The notes: a model not told the origin generated them from the letters alone. DNA of 64,000 nucleotides from Myxococcota bacterium (GCA_041687695.1 JAWLBL010000001.1:419461-483460); one strand, 5' to 3'; counted from the stretch's first letter, positions 9,983 through 20,382 are shown. Made by a program: numbers and translations.

Positions 9983-11011
9983 TTAGCAGCGTTCGGCGGA
10001 GGACGCCAAGCGGGCGCGCCGTCGCAGCGCCGCCAAAGCCACCAACGCCAGCAGCCATGAGGACGGGGGCGCGGAGGCGCCCTGGCAGCCGCCGTCGGAG
10101 TCGGCGCCGGCCGCCTTGGCGACCGCCGGCTCGAAGCAGGCGCCCTCGGCCGGCACCTCGGGGCCGAAAGCGCGGGCCGGCAGCTCGGCCGCGCCCAGGC
10201 ACACCTCGGTCGACCGGGTCTCGGCATGGACGAGGTGCTGGACCTCGACGGTGACGCAGTAGGTGTCGAGCGGGACGTCGAAGGGGGCGAAGACCTCGAC
10301 CACGTCGCCGCGGACCTGGGCCGAGAAGTGGGTCAGCACGTAGCCGCCAGGGCCGGTGAGGTGGGCCGAGGCGAGCACGTAGGACGACAGAGCCTCGGGC
10401 AGCCCGTGCGCCAGCGTCAGCAGGGCGCGCGGCATCACGACCGACACGCGCCCGCAGCCGCCACAGCCCTCGGCGCACAGGCCGGCGGAGGTGTCGCAGC
10501 AGACCTCGATGAACGCGCTGTGCTGGCCCGGCTCGACCTCGACGAGCGTGGGATCGACCGGCGCCGGCGTCGCCTCGGCCCCGGCGACCAGCCGCCAGGT
10601 CGTGCTGGCGTCGACCGAGCTCCAGCTGGGCAGGCCCAGGGCCTCGGCCATGGCCACGTTGCGGGCCTGCACGGCCAGGTCGTACTCGCCCGAGGGCGTC
10701 AGCGGCGTCGTCGCCGTCCACAGCGCGCGGCGCGGCCCTTCCAGCCACGTCACCTCGCCCATGACCGGCACGCGATCTTCGCCGTCAAGGGCGGTCACGG
10801 TCACGTCCAGCCAGTCGAGGCCGACCTCGCCGACCTGCCCGGTGTGATCCTCCCAGAACGCCGGCACGACGACCACGCCCTCGAGCGGCACCTGGACGAC
10901 GGCGGACGGCGGCTCCTGCAGCCACCAGGTCGGGCTGGGCGGCGGCGGCGCGCCCGCCGTCTCGGCGGGGAGGGCCCACAAGAGCGGCATCAAGACGGTG
11001 AACGGGAGCAT
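9983..11011 (-). CDS. Secreted Ig-like/Cys-cluster protein with MYXO-CTERM-like tail
   Basis: Shares LAEAxG-P, EVCC...C..G-C..C and YC.xVE motifs with 8939-9949. Tail GGCQGASAPPSSWLLALVALAALRRRAR. Confidence 0.78.
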   Translation of the reverse strand: MLPFTVLMPLLWALPAETAGAPPPPSPTWWLQEPPSAVVQVPLEGVVVVPAFWEDHTGQVGEVGLDWLDVTVTALDGEDRVPVMGEVTWLEGPRRALWTATTPLTPSGEYDLAVQARNVAMAEALGLPSWSSVDASTTWRLVAGAEATPAPVDPTLVEVEPGQHSAFIEVCCDTSAGLCAEGCGGCGRVSVVMPRALLTLAHGLPEALSSYVLASAHLTGPGGYVLTHFSAQVRGDVVEVFAPFDVPLDTYCVTVEVQHLVHAETRSTEVCLGAAELPARAFGPEVPAEGACFEPAVAKAAGADSDGGCQGASAPPSSWLLALVALAALRRRARLASSAERC

Positions 11012-11044
11012 GGCGACCCTCCTGCCGGGATGAGCGAGTGAGTG

Positions 11045-11060
11045 AGCAAGGCCCGTGCCA
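11045..11060 (-). promoter_or_regulatory. Sigma54 (-24/-12) promoter
   Basis: Minus strand reads TGGCACG-GGCC-TTGCT, a perfect consensus match, 33 bp upstream of the ATG at 11011. Confidence 0.8.
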
Positions 11061-11316
11061 TCTCATGGCGCAGGGCTCACGCCGCGCGACAGCCGGCGAG
11101 TGTGGTGATCGTCTACACCCTGGCCGCCCGGTTGACGAGCAGCCCCGCCGCGCACGCTCCGCGTCGGGCCTCGCGCCCGGCTGCTGGCCTCTCGGGCGCC
11201 CCCTCGCTAGAGTCACCCCGTATCCGCCGCTCGGCTCGAGGCGCGCTCTCTCGGCGTACAGCCCGGCCCTCCCCCTCGCCCGGCCCAGCGGCCCGACCCG
11301 ACGAAGGTCCCCGCCC

Positions 11317-12561
11317 ATGATCGCGCTGCACGGCCGCTCCTACGCCCTGCCCCGCCGCAAGACCGTCGCCTTCTGCGTCGACGGCTGCGCGCCCGAGTAC
11401 CTCGATCTGGCCCTCGAGGACGGCCTGATGCCTCGCCTCGCCGCGGCCCTGGCCGCCGGCGGCGTCTACGCGCGCGGCCACGGCCAGATGCCCAGCTTCA
11501 CCAACCCCAACAACCTGTCCATCGTCACGGGCCAGCCGCCCGCGGTCCACGGCATCTGCGGCAACACCCTCTGGGACGCCGCGGCCGGCGCCGAGGTCCC
11601 GATGAACGACCCCTCGATGCTGCGCTCGCCCACCCTGTTCGAGCGCTTCGAGGCGGCCGGCGTCCGCACCCTGTGCGTCACCGCCAAGGACAAGCTGCGC
11701 CGCCTGCTGGGCGCCACGGTCGAGGGCGGCCCAGCCCCGGTGTCCCTGTCGGCCGAGAAGGCCCACGAGCAGACCGTCCCCGGCCCCGACGGCCGCCCCG
11801 TGCCCGTCACCGAGGTGGTCGGCCGCCCCAACCCCGGCATCTACGACTGGGACATCTCGCACTACGCGATGGAGATGGGTCTCGCGCTGCACCAGCGCCT
11901 CGGCGCCCAGCTGCTCTACGTCTCGCTGACCGACTACGTGCAGCACAAGGAGGGCCCGCGCGGCGAGATGTCCGACCGCTTCTACGCGCGCTTCGACGCG
12001 CTCCTGGGCGCCTACCTCGACGCCGGCTTCGTCTGCGGGCTCACCGCCGACCACGGCATGAACGACAAGACCCGCCCCGACGGCTCGCCCAACGTCCGGT
12101 ACCTCGAGGACGCCCTCGCCCAGGCCGACGTCACGGGCGCTCACGTCCTGCTGCCCATCACCGACCCCTACGTCGTCCACCACGGCGCCCTCGGCTCCTT
12201 CGCCACCGTCTACGTCGACGCCGAGCTCGCCCCGCGCGCTCGCCGCGCCCTGGCCGACCTCCCCGGCGTCGAGGCGGTCCTGACCCGCGACGCCGCCGCC
12301 GCCCGCTTCCAGCTGCCCCCCGACCGCATCGGCGACCTCGTCGTCCTCGGCGACCGCCACACCGTCCTCGGCAAGCGCGCCGACCTCCACGACCTCTCGG
12401 CCGTCCAGCAGGGCCTGCGCTCCCACGGCGGCCTGCACGAGGCCACCGTCCCCCTGGTCGTCCTCGCCCCCCTCCGCCCCGACGCCCTCGCCCGCCTGAC
12501 CCGCGGCGACGCCACCAACGCCGACCTCTTCGATCTCATGCTCAACGGCACCGTCGACTGA
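11317..12561 (+). CDS. phnA: Phosphonoacetate hydrolase
   Basis: CVDGC, MPSFTNPNNLSIVTG, HGICGN, TAKDKLRRLL, TDYVQHK, TADHGM, ITDPYVVHHGALGSF and RSHGG are alkaline-phosphatase-superfamily PhnA motifs. Confidence 0.95.
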   Translation: MIALHGRSYALPRRKTVAFCVDGCAPEYLDLALEDGLMPRLAAALAAGGVYARGHGQMPSFTNPNNLSIVTGQPPAVHGICGNTLWDAAAGAEVPMNDPSMLRSPTLFERFEAAGVRTLCVTAKDKLRRLLGATVEGGPAPVSLSAEKAHEQTVPGPDGRPVPVTEVVGRPNPGIYDWDISHYAMEMGLALHQRLGAQLLYVSLTDYVQHKEGPRGEMSDRFYARFDALLGAYLDAGFVCGLTADHGMNDKTRPDGSPNVRYLEDALAQADVTGAHVLLPITDPYVVHHGALGSFATVYVDAELAPRARRALADLPGVEAVLTRDAAAARFQLPPDRIGDLVVLGDRHTVLGKRADLHDLSAVQQGLRSHGGLHEATVPLVVLAPLRPDALARLTRGDATNADLFDLMLNGTVD

Positions 12562-12582
12562 ACCCGCCCGCCCGGAGCCCGC

Positions 12583-14064
12583 ATGACCACCCCCTCCCTG
12601 TCCACCCCCGACCCGTCCACCCCCGCCCTGTCGCTGTCCGGCCCCCCCTACGACTTCCTCGCCCTGGTCGACGGCCGCCCCGTCGACGCCCGCTACCGCT
12701 TCGACGTCCACCACCCCTACACCGGCCAGGTCGTCGGCAGCGCCCCGCTGATGACCGCCGACGACGTCCTGCGCGCCGTCCGCCTCGCCGCCGAGCCCCA
12801 CGAGACGCCCTCCCGGTTCGAGCGCAGCCAGATCCTGCTGCGCGCCGCCGCCCGCCTCGAGGCCGAGGCCGAGGCCGTCGCCCGGCTCATCACCTGGGAG
12901 TCGGGCCTGTGCCTCAAGGACACGCGCCACGAGGTCGCCCGCACCCTGGACGTGCTGCGCTTCGCCGCCAGCGAGGCCCTGCGCGACGACGGCGAGTGCT
13001 ACGCCTGCGACACCTCCGCCCACGGGCGCGACCGCCGCGCCTACACGCTGCGGCAGCCGGTGCGCCTGGTCGCGGCCATCACCCCCTTCAACCACCCGCT
13101 CAACCAGGTGGCCCACAAGGTCGCGCCCGCCATCGCCGCCTGCGCGCCCATGGTCCTCAAGCCTAGCGAGAAGACGCCCCTGGCCGGGATGTGGCTCGTC
13201 CATGCGCTCAACGAGGCCGGGCTGCCGCCGAACATGCTCAGCGTCGTGACCGGGCGCCCCGAGGTGGTCTGCCCCATCCTCGTCGAGCACCCCGACGTCG
13301 AGGTGGTGGCCTTCACGGGCGGCGTGAAGATCGGCAAGCAGATCGCCCTGCAGGCCGGCTACAAGCGGACGGTGCTGGAGCTGGGCGGCAACGCGCCGCT
13401 CATCGTGATGGGCGACGCGGACCTCGACGAGGCCGCTGCCCTGGCCGTCGGTGGCGCCTACAAGAACTCGGGCCAGCGCTGCACCGCCGTCAAGCGCCTG
13501 CTGGTCCACCACGACCTCGCCGACGCGTTCGTGGACCGCTTCACGGCGGCCTCCGAGGCCCTGAAGGTCGGCGACCCCTTCGACGAGGACACCGATCTCG
13601 GCACCGTCATCGACGAGCCGGCCGCCATCCGCTTGGAGGAGCAGGCCGAGCGCATCCTGGCCGAGGGCGCCAAGCTGCGCTACGGGCTGCGCCGCAAGGG
13701 CGCGCAGCTGTGGCCGACCGTGATGGACCACGTGCCGCAGGACAGCGAGGCCATCCGCGAAGAGGCCTTCGGCCCCCTGGCCCCCATCCAGCGCTTCGGC
13801 TCGGTGGACGAGGCCATCGCCCTGGCCAACGGCACGCCCTATGGCCTGGCGGCCGGCGTGTGCACCAACGACGCCAAGGCCATGCTGCGCTTCGTCCGCG
13901 AGCTGCGCCACGGCACGGTGAACATCCGCGAGGTGCCGGGCTTCCGCACCGAGGCCACGCCCTTCGGCGGCATCAAGGACAGCGGCCTGGGCGTCAAGGA
14001 GGGCGTGGTCTACGCCATCAAGGCGATGAGCAACCTGAAGCTCTACACGCTGCCCTGGCGCTGA
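12583..14064 (+). CDS. phnY: Phosphonoacetaldehyde dehydrogenase
   Basis: ALDH with ESGLCLKD, ITPFNHPLNQVAHK, KPSEKTPL, ELGGN, NSGQRCTAVKR and FGGIKDSGLGVKEGV, directly behind phnA. Confidence 0.9.
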   Translation: MTTPSLSTPDPSTPALSLSGPPYDFLALVDGRPVDARYRFDVHHPYTGQVVGSAPLMTADDVLRAVRLAAEPHETPSRFERSQILLRAAARLEAEAEAVARLITWESGLCLKDTRHEVARTLDVLRFAASEALRDDGECYACDTSAHGRDRRAYTLRQPVRLVAAITPFNHPLNQVAHKVAPAIAACAPMVLKPSEKTPLAGMWLVHALNEAGLPPNMLSVVTGRPEVVCPILVEHPDVEVVAFTGGVKIGKQIALQAGYKRTVLELGGNAPLIVMGDADLDEAAALAVGGAYKNSGQRCTAVKRLLVHHDLADAFVDRFTAASEALKVGDPFDEDTDLGTVIDEPAAIRLEEQAERILAEGAKLRYGLRRKGAQLWPTVMDHVPQDSEAIREEAFGPLAPIQRFGSVDEAIALANGTPYGLAAGVCTNDAKAMLRFVRELRHGTVNIREVPGFRTEATPFGGIKDSGLGVKEGVVYAIKAMSNLKLYTLPWR

Positions 14065-14083
14065 GACCGAGGGCGCGCGCCCC

Positions 14084-14620
14084 TCAGTCGATGAGGGTCG
14101 AGATCTGGCAGCTGCGGCCGCCGATGGTGTTGTTCTCCCACTTGGTGAAGCCGCCGGTGCCGCAGATGTCGTACTGGTCGCTGAGATCCCCGCAGTCGTC
14201 CGCGCTGAAGCAGCGGCGCTGGCAGATGTTGGGGTACTTCAGGTCGTGCTTCTTCTGCAGCGCGCCGGTCATGTTCAGGCACAGGTGCGTGTCGCCGCCG
14301 TCGGGCGGGTTGCAGCCGCCGTCGCAGGGCCGCGTGCAGAAGCGGAACGGGGCCATGTAGGCCTCGTCGTAGCAGTAGCCGGTGTCGCACTCGCAGTGCG
14401 AGGCGCACTCGGCGCCGATGACCTTGTCCCCCAGCGTCTCGCAGGTCTCGACGTCCTCGGTGGCGTCGGCGCCGCCGTCCGTCCCGGTGGTGGTGTCGGT
14501 CTTGGCCGTGTCCGCGCCGATGGCGGTGTCGGTGTCGGACTTGGATTGGCCCTCGAGCGAGCAAGCCGAGAGCGTGCAGGCGATGGAAGCGACGAGGGCG
14601 AGGCTTGCGAGACGGGTCAT
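14084..14620 (-). CDS. Cys-rich lipoprotein
   Basis: Lipobox LSAC, Thr/Asp linker, multi-Cys domain, AAGGAG RBS. Confidence 0.8.
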   Translation of the reverse strand: MTRLASLALVASIACTLSACSLEGQSKSDTDTAIGADTAKTDTTTGTDGGADATEDVETCETLGDKVIGAECASHCECDTGYCYDEAYMAPFRFCTRPCDGGCNPPDGGDTHLCLNMTGALQKKHDLKYPNICQRRCFSADDCGDLSDQYDICGTGGFTKWENNTIGGRSCQISTLID

Positions 14621-14703
14621 GCGGGCTCCTTTCGCGGCGCACCGGGCAGTATGCCCGCCCGGTCGGGCCGCGCCAAGGCCGACCTGCGCTTATCGAAGCG
14701 CTC

Positions 14704-16542
14704 TCAGGCGCGCGCCGTGGCCTCGAAGGCCGCCAGATCCCCGTAGGGCGGCAACCCCCAGGTGGCCCAGTGCGCGGGCGTCGGGGACATCGGCGCGCGG
14801 GCGCGCTGGGCGATGTGCGCGGCCAGGCGGCGCCACGCCTCGTCGGCCGACAGCTCGGGATCGCCCATCAGGCGGGCGGCGCGCAGCTGCAGCGTGTCCA
14901 CGCGCAGCCGCCGCGCCGGGTCGCCGTCGGCGGCGCGCAGCGCGATCTCGAACAGCTCGACGCGCCGGGCGCCCTCGCCGACGGCGCCGCAGGTCACGCG
15001 GCTCACCCGCTCGAACGGCACCGTGCGCGCGGCCCCCAGGGCGATCCGCACCACCATCGCCTCACCGCGCAGCGCGACCAGCAGCGCCGGCTCGGGTTCG
15101 CCGGGGGGCGCGGCGGTCTCGGTGGGCACATCGGGCGCCGCCGGCGCGTCCGAGGGCGCGGCGGCGGGGCCTCGCACGGCGGGTCCCGACGGCGCGGCGG
15201 CGGTCACGGTGAGGCCGGGGTCCGTGGCAGGCGCCGGCTGCGGCTTGGAGGGCGGGGCCAGCTCGGCCCCGGCGGCCGCCAGGTCGACCCGCGAGGGGAC
15301 CTTGACCAGCCGCAGCCCGATGCCGCTGGACTGCTTGAGGATGCGCTGGCCCTTGGAGCGGGCGATGGCCTCGTGATCCCGCGGGCGGTGTCGCTGGGCG
15401 ATGGCCATCCAGCGGACGCGCTCGGTCTCGTCCCAGGTGATGTTGGCCAGGCGCTCGGCGGCGCGGGCGCCGACGGGATCGGGCGGCGGCAGCTCCGTCA
15501 GCTCGACCAGGAAGTCGCGCGCGGCGTCACGGTGACCTTCGAGCAGCGCCTCGGCCAACGCCAGGCGGAGCGCGGGCGGGCCCCGATCGCCGGTCGCGTC
15601 CACCACCCGCTGCCAGCGGTCGAGGGCGGCCATGGCCTTTCCCTCGGCGGCGAAGCGCTCGGCGGCCGCATGCAGCACGTCCGCGCCGTCGGCGGGGTAG
15701 CCGTCGGCGACGTAGCCCTGCCAGAGGGCGTCGGCGAGGCGCGGGTCGGCGTCAGGCGCCCGCCAGGCGGCGCGGAGCAGCTGGCGGGCCTCGGAGCGGC
15801 GACCCGCGGCGACGTGGGCGCGGGCCTGCACCAGGGGCAGCGGCTCGTCCGGCGTGGCGGTCGGCAACCAGGCGAGGACGGGCGCGGAGGGCGCGGAGGG
15901 CGCCTGGTCGGCTTCGGCCTCGGGTTCGGCGTCGGCGGGCGCGTCACCGGTCGCGACCCGCAGCCCGGCGCCGACGGCGGCGCCGAGGCCCAGCACGACG
16001 CCCTGGACGGCTACGACGAGGCTAGAGGCGCCCGCGCCGACGAGGCCCAGGACGACCGCGACCAGGGCGGCCGCCAGCGCGACCAGCGGCGCGGCCACGG
16101 GGACCCCGCCGCGCGTGGACGGCACGAACGCCAACAGCCGAACGTCGTCGCGCCAGAACAGCCCCAGGGTCGCGCCACACAGGCCGGCGACCGCGCTCGA
16201 CGGGCCGACCAGCGGCGGCGCCCCCTCGGCCGCGACCAGCGCGTACAGCGCCGCGGACCCGAGGCCCAGGCCGACGTAGACGCCCGCCAGCGGCCAGGCC
16301 CCGAGGCGCTCCTCGACGGCCGGGCCGACCAGCGCCAGGGCCAGCAGGCATCCGACCAGCTGCAGGACGCCGCCCGGCGCCAGCAGCAGCCCCATGAGGC
16401 CAGCCGCCGAGGGCGCCCCGGGCGCGAAGCCCAGCGCCCCCTCGCCGACGGCCGCGACGACGAAGCCGGCCACCAGGGTGACGCCGATGGCCAAGCTGGC
16501 CCACGGCCGATCCGGCCCGTCCTCGCGCGCTGCCCTGCCCAT
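14704..16542 (-). CDS. Rhomboid-like membrane protein (catalytic residues apparently degenerate) with a helical/TPR-like cytoplasmic domain
   Basis: Rhomboid signature GPAVEERLG...PLVGPSSAVAGLCGA. Start uncertain; the longer ORF-track start lies inside MITE 2. Confidence 0.65.
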   Translation of the reverse strand: MGRAAREDGPDRPWASLAIGVTLVAGFVVAAVGEGALGFAPGAPSAAGLMGLLLAPGGVLQLVGCLLALALVGPAVEERLGAWPLAGVYVGLGLGSAALYALVAAEGAPPLVGPSSAVAGLCGATLGLFWRDDVRLLAFVPSTRGGVPVAAPLVALAAALVAVVLGLVGAGASSLVVAVQGVVLGLGAAVGAGLRVATGDAPADAEPEAEADQAPSAPSAPVLAWLPTATPDEPLPLVQARAHVAAGRRSEARQLLRAAWRAPDADPRLADALWQGYVADGYPADGADVLHAAAERFAAEGKAMAALDRWQRVVDATGDRGPPALRLALAEALLEGHRDAARDFLVELTELPPPDPVGARAAERLANITWDETERVRWMAIAQRHRPRDHEAIARSKGQRILKQSSGIGLRLVKVPSRVDLAAAGAELAPPSKPQPAPATDPGLTVTAAAPSGPAVRGPAAAPSDAPAAPDVPTETAAPPGEPEPALLVALRGEAMVVRIALGAARTVPFERVSRVTCGAVGEGARRVELFEIALRAADGDPARRLRVDTLQLRAARLMGDPELSADEAWRRLAAHIAQRARAPMSPTPAHWATWGLPPYGDLAAFEATARA

Positions 16543-16634
16543 CCGCGTGCCCCCGCCCCCGCTCGCCTGCCCCAGCACCCGGCCCAGCATGCACCCGCGG
16601 GGCTCCCGTGCCAAGCGCGCCCCGGGCGCGGGGC

Positions 16635-16819
16635 AGGGGGGTCGAGTTCCAGTTCGGGCCACCTGACTGCACGAGCTCGCTCGTGCTCCGGCATGGCGCA
16701 GCTCGCTGCGCCCGCAAGGCTACAGTCCCATCCCTCCGCGCGCAGCTAGCTGCGCGGGCCCTAGAGCCTGAGCAAGCTCGGGCCGTCAAACGCGCCCGTA
16801 GCTAGAACTCGATAGCCCT
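16635..16819. mobile_element. MITE-like element 2 (185 bp)
   Basis: TIR AGGGGGGTCGAGTTCCAGTTCGGGC ... GCCCGTAGCTAGAACTCGATAGCCCT. Flanks CGGGCGCGGGGC and GGGGCGCGGGAC match 10/12. A 28-bp stretch (16665-16692) is identical to element 1 (7793-7820). Confidence 0.72.
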
Positions 16820-16834
16820 GGGGCGCGGGACCGG

Positions 16835-19777
16835 CTACTCGAGCAGCGCCAGCAGCTCGTCGCGCGTGATGGCGGCGGCGCGATCGGCGCCCGCCAGGGC
16901 CGCGTCGGCCAGCGCGCGCTTGTGCTCCTGCAGGGCCAGGATGCGCTCCTCGACCGTGTCCTCGGCCACCAGCCGGTGCACGAACACCGGCCGGTCCTGG
17001 CCGATGCGGTGGGCGCGGTCGGCGGCCTGGTCCTCGACGGCCGGGTTCCACCACGGATCGACGAGGAACACGTGGTCGGCGGCCGTCAGGTTCAGGCCCG
17101 TGCCGCCCGCCTTCAGCGACAGCAGCATCACCGGGCAGTCCGGATCGTCCTGGAAGCGCTGGACCGCCCCCTCGCGATCGCGCGTCGCGCCGTCCAGACG
17201 GCTGAAGGCCAGCCCGGCCGCCTTCAGGTGCGGCTCGACCAGATCGAGCAGGCTGGTCCACTGCGAGAAGACCAGCGCCTTGTGGCCCTCGCTGGCCGCC
17301 TCCTCGATGGACTCCATCAGCAGGTCGACCTTGGACGACCGCTCGGCCGACTGGCCGGGCACCAGCGCCGAGTGACACGCCGCCTGCCGCAGCCGCAGCA
17401 GGGCCTCGAGCGCCGCCAGCACGCTCCCGCCGCCGCGCAGCCGCTCGACCACCTCGCGCCGCGTCGCCTGCCGGATGGCGTCGTAGACCACCCGCTCGCC
17501 CTCGTCGAGCTGGCAGCGCAGCACCACGTCCGTCCGCGGCGGCAGCTCGGGCGCCACGTCGCGCTTGACGCGCCGCAACATGAACGGCCGGATCCGCTCG
17601 CGCAGCCGCGCCGCCGCGCCCGCCTTCCCCTCGGCGATGGGCTGCACGTGGCGCTCCACGAAGTCCGCGCGGCCGCCCAGCAGCCCGCGGTTCGTGAAGT
17701 GCATCTGGCTCCACAGCTCGTCGAGCCGGTTCTCGACCGGCGTGCCGGTCATCGCCAGCCGGAAGTCGGCCTTCAGGCGGTAGGCCGCCTGCGCCACCTG
17801 GCTGTCGGGGTTCTTGATGGCCTGCGCCTCGTCCAGGATGACCGTGTCCCAGCGCTCGGCCGCCAACGGCTCGGCGTCGAGGCGCAGGATGGGGTAGGTC
17901 GTCAGCGTGAGGTCCGCGGCCGGATCCAGCGCGCGCTTGGGGCCGTGATAGACGGCCACCTTCAGCCCCGGCCTGAACTTGGCCGCCTCGGCCTTCCAGT
18001 TGTGCAGCACGCTGGTCGGCGCCACCACCAACGTCCGCCCGCGCACGCTGGTCAGCGCCTGCAGCGTCTTGCCCAGGCCCATGTCGTCGGCCAGCAGCGC
18101 CCCGCAGCCCAGGCCCCGCACGAAGGCCAGCCAGTCGACGCCCTGGCGCTGGTAGTGGCGCAGCTGCGCGTTCAGATCCGCCGGCAGCGCGGCCGGCGCG
18201 ATGCCGCTGAAGTCGTCGAGCGCCGCCGTCAGCCGCTCGAGCCGCGGCGGCGGCGCCTCGCCCATGGCCCGGGCCAGCTTGGCCACGTCCGGCAGCGCCG
18301 CGGTCGGCACCTTCCCGACCTCGTCCTTGGCCGCCAGCAGATCCGCGACCCGCTCGCCGTGCTCGCGCAGCCACGCGGTCGGCAGCGGCGCCCACGCCCC
18401 GTCGTTCAGCGGGATGAGGCTGGCCCCGGCGCGGAACGCGCGCAGCACCGCCTTGGCGTCGGCCTTGCCGGCCGGCGACTCGAAGGCGACCTCGACCTCG
18501 AGGCCGTCCTCGTCGCCACCGAAGCTGACCCGCGGCTCGAGCGGCGCCGCCACGTAGATCTGCTCGTGGGCCCGGCCGCGCACCTCGCCGGCTGCCCCGG
18601 CGTCCCCCGCTTCCCAGGTCCGGAGCCGCGCCGCCATGGCCAGCGCGTCCTCGCCGCCCACCTCCACGCGCCGCCCGGGCACGAGCCCCAGCACGTCCTG
18701 CAGCCGGCGCGTCAGGCGCTGCTCCGCCCGCTCGTCGCGCAGCGGCACCTTGTCACCCAGCAGCACCAGCTGCCCGCGGTCGACGCGCGCCTGCGGCGGG
18801 TCGCCATAGACCAGCGTCGCCAGCACCTCGAGCCCGACCTCGCTGCGCTCGACCTCGACCACCACCCGCGGCGGCTCGGCCTCGGCGTCGGGGAGCCGGC
18901 GCGTCCGCACGTCGACCGGCAGGCGCTTGCGCAGCGCCGGCAGCACGTCGGCGACCAGCGCGGCCACCTGATCGGCCGGGAACACCCGCCCGCCCTCGCG
19001 CATCAGCTCGTGCCGCTCGCGCTCGGTCAGGTTCGACTCGCCGATGGGGCGCAGCTCGTCCCCGCAGCGCGCCGCGCCGTTGCCGAACATCTCTTCGATG
19101 GCCGGGTCGCGGTCGATGCGGACCCGGAAGCCCCCGGCGGCGTCCTCGACGATGACGTGCGGCACCACCGGCCGGAGGGAGGCACGAATCGGCTGGCCGT
19201 CCAGCTGCACGTCCCGGGCGTGCACGAGCGCCTTGAGCACCTCGGCCATGCGCGCCCGCTGGATCGGCCCGCCCGGCCGCTCGCCCAGGGCGCGCTCGAT
19301 GCTCAGATCGGCCTGCGAGGTCACCAGGTGAGGCACCTGCGCGCGTCCGGTCGCGACGGCCTGCAGCTGGACCTTCAGCGGCTCGAGCTTTCCGTCGCGG
19401 GCGACGAAGCGCTCGAGCAGCAGCCCCCGGTCACCGCGCCGCAGGCGATAGGCCACGGTCCCGACGGGCACCTTGGGCCGCGGCGCCAGCTCGCCGCTGT
19501 CGCCGGCGCGCTTGAGCGTGATGACCGCGGCGGCGACGTGCGGGCAGGCGTCGTCCTGGCTGGGGCACTCGCACGACCAGTCCGGGTCGTCGGGCCACAG
19601 CGTCACGAGCAGGCTCGCGACGGCGCCGCGCATCTGCACGCGGTAGCGGATCTCGGAGGCGTCCGCGTGCTCGACGAGCATCGTGGCCTGCCGCGCGATC
19701 TCGACGCCCCGCGACCACACGGGCGGGTCGCACGCCTCGCGGACGGCCTCGAACAGCTCGCTCACCGCATCCGACAC
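16835..19777 (-). CDS. SWIM zinc-finger SNF2-family helicase
   Basis: SWIM CECP...CPH; helicase motifs [49 protein letters not shown]. Confidence 0.95.
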   Translation of the reverse strand: MSDAVSELFEAVREACDPPVWSRGVEIARQATMLVEHADASEIRYRVQMRGAVASLLVTLWPDDPDWSCECPSQDDACPHVAAAVITLKRAGDSGELAPRPKVPVGTVAYRLRRGDRGLLLERFVARDGKLEPLKVQLQAVATGRAQVPHLVTSQADLSIERALGERPGGPIQRARMAEVLKALVHARDVQLDGQPIRASLRPVVPHVIVEDAAGGFRVRIDRDPAIEEMFGNGAARCGDELRPIGESNLTERERHELMREGGRVFPADQVAALVADVLPALRKRLPVDVRTRRLPDAEAEPPRVVVEVERSEVGLEVLATLVYGDPPQARVDRGQLVLLGDKVPLRDERAEQRLTRRLQDVLGLVPGRRVEVGGEDALAMAARLRTWEAGDAGAAGEVRGRAHEQIYVAAPLEPRVSFGGDEDGLEVEVAFESPAGKADAKAVLRAFRAGASLIPLNDGAWAPLPTAWLREHGERVADLLAAKDEVGKVPTAALPDVAKLARAMGEAPPPRLERLTAALDDFSGIAPAALPADLNAQLRHYQRQGVDWLAFVRGLGCGALLADDMGLGKTLQALTSVRGRTLVVAPTSVLHNWKAEAAKFRPGLKVAVYHGPKRALDPAADLTLTTYPILRLDAEPLAAERWDTVILDEAQAIKNPDSQVAQAAYRLKADFRLAMTGTPVENRLDELWSQMHFTNRGLLGGRADFVERHVQPIAEGKAGAAARLRERIRPFMLRRVKRDVAPELPPRTDVVLRCQLDEGERVVYDAIRQATRREVVERLRGGGSVLAALEALLRLRQAACHSALVPGQSAERSSKVDLLMESIEEAASEGHKALVFSQWTSLLDLVEPHLKAAGLAFSRLDGATRDREGAVQRFQDDPDCPVMLLSLKAGGTGLNLTAADHVFLVDPWWNPAVEDQAADRAHRIGQDRPVFVHRLVAEDTVEERILALQEHKRALADAALAGADRAAAITRDELLALLE

Positions 19778-19793
19778 GCGCGCGCTCGCCTCG

Positions 19794-20015
19794 CTACTTC
19801 GAGCGGTAGGTGATGCGGCCGCGCGTCAGGTCGTACGGCGACAGCTCGACGGTGACCTTGTCGCCCGGGAGGATGCGGATGAAGAACTTGCGCATCTTGC
19901 CCGAGACGTGGGCGAGGACGTTGTGGCCGTTCTCGAGCTCGACCTTGAACATCGCGTTCTTGAGGGACTCGACCACGGTCCCCTCGACCTGAATCCCTTC
20001 TTCCTTGTTCGACAT
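19794..20015 (-). CDS. infA: Translation initiation factor IF-1
   Basis: 73 aa, ...[49 protein letters not shown]. Confidence 0.98.
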   Translation of the reverse strand: MSNKEEGIQVEGTVVESLKNAMFKVELENGHNVLAHVSGKMRKFFIRILPGDKVTVELSPYDLTRGRITYRSK

Positions 20016-20382
20016 GTTCGCTCCGGGTGATTGCCCCAGTGATGACCACCAGGCGGATGGCGGGGGCCGGGCCGCGGTGTGCGGCGTCGGTCGGGGCCGG
20101 GCCGTGATCGCGATCACGGCGAGCGCGGCCTCGATCGAGGTCCCCTGCCCTATGGGGACCCGGGCGCCGTGGGACGCGCCACGCAGGACGTGTGCACCGC
20201 AAAGGCGACCGATTCGCCTGTTATTCCGTTGAACTACCGCTCCGTGCGGGGGGCGGGACGCCGCGGCGCTGGTCGGCTGGGCGCCTGTTCGCACTTGGAT
20301 CGGCAGCGCCCACTCCACAGGAGCGGGCGGCTCCAGTCAAGCATTCGTCGCCGCCAGGGCCGCGGCGCGCGCCCTGCGACGG

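Noticed and set aside
20165..20243. Minus-strand GGAGCGGTAGTTCA resembling the 5' end of tRNA-Asp, followed by a 5-bp stem with a 7-nt loop
   Set aside because: The D-loop is too short, the loop lacks the YU start, and there is no TTC arm or complementary acceptor strand.
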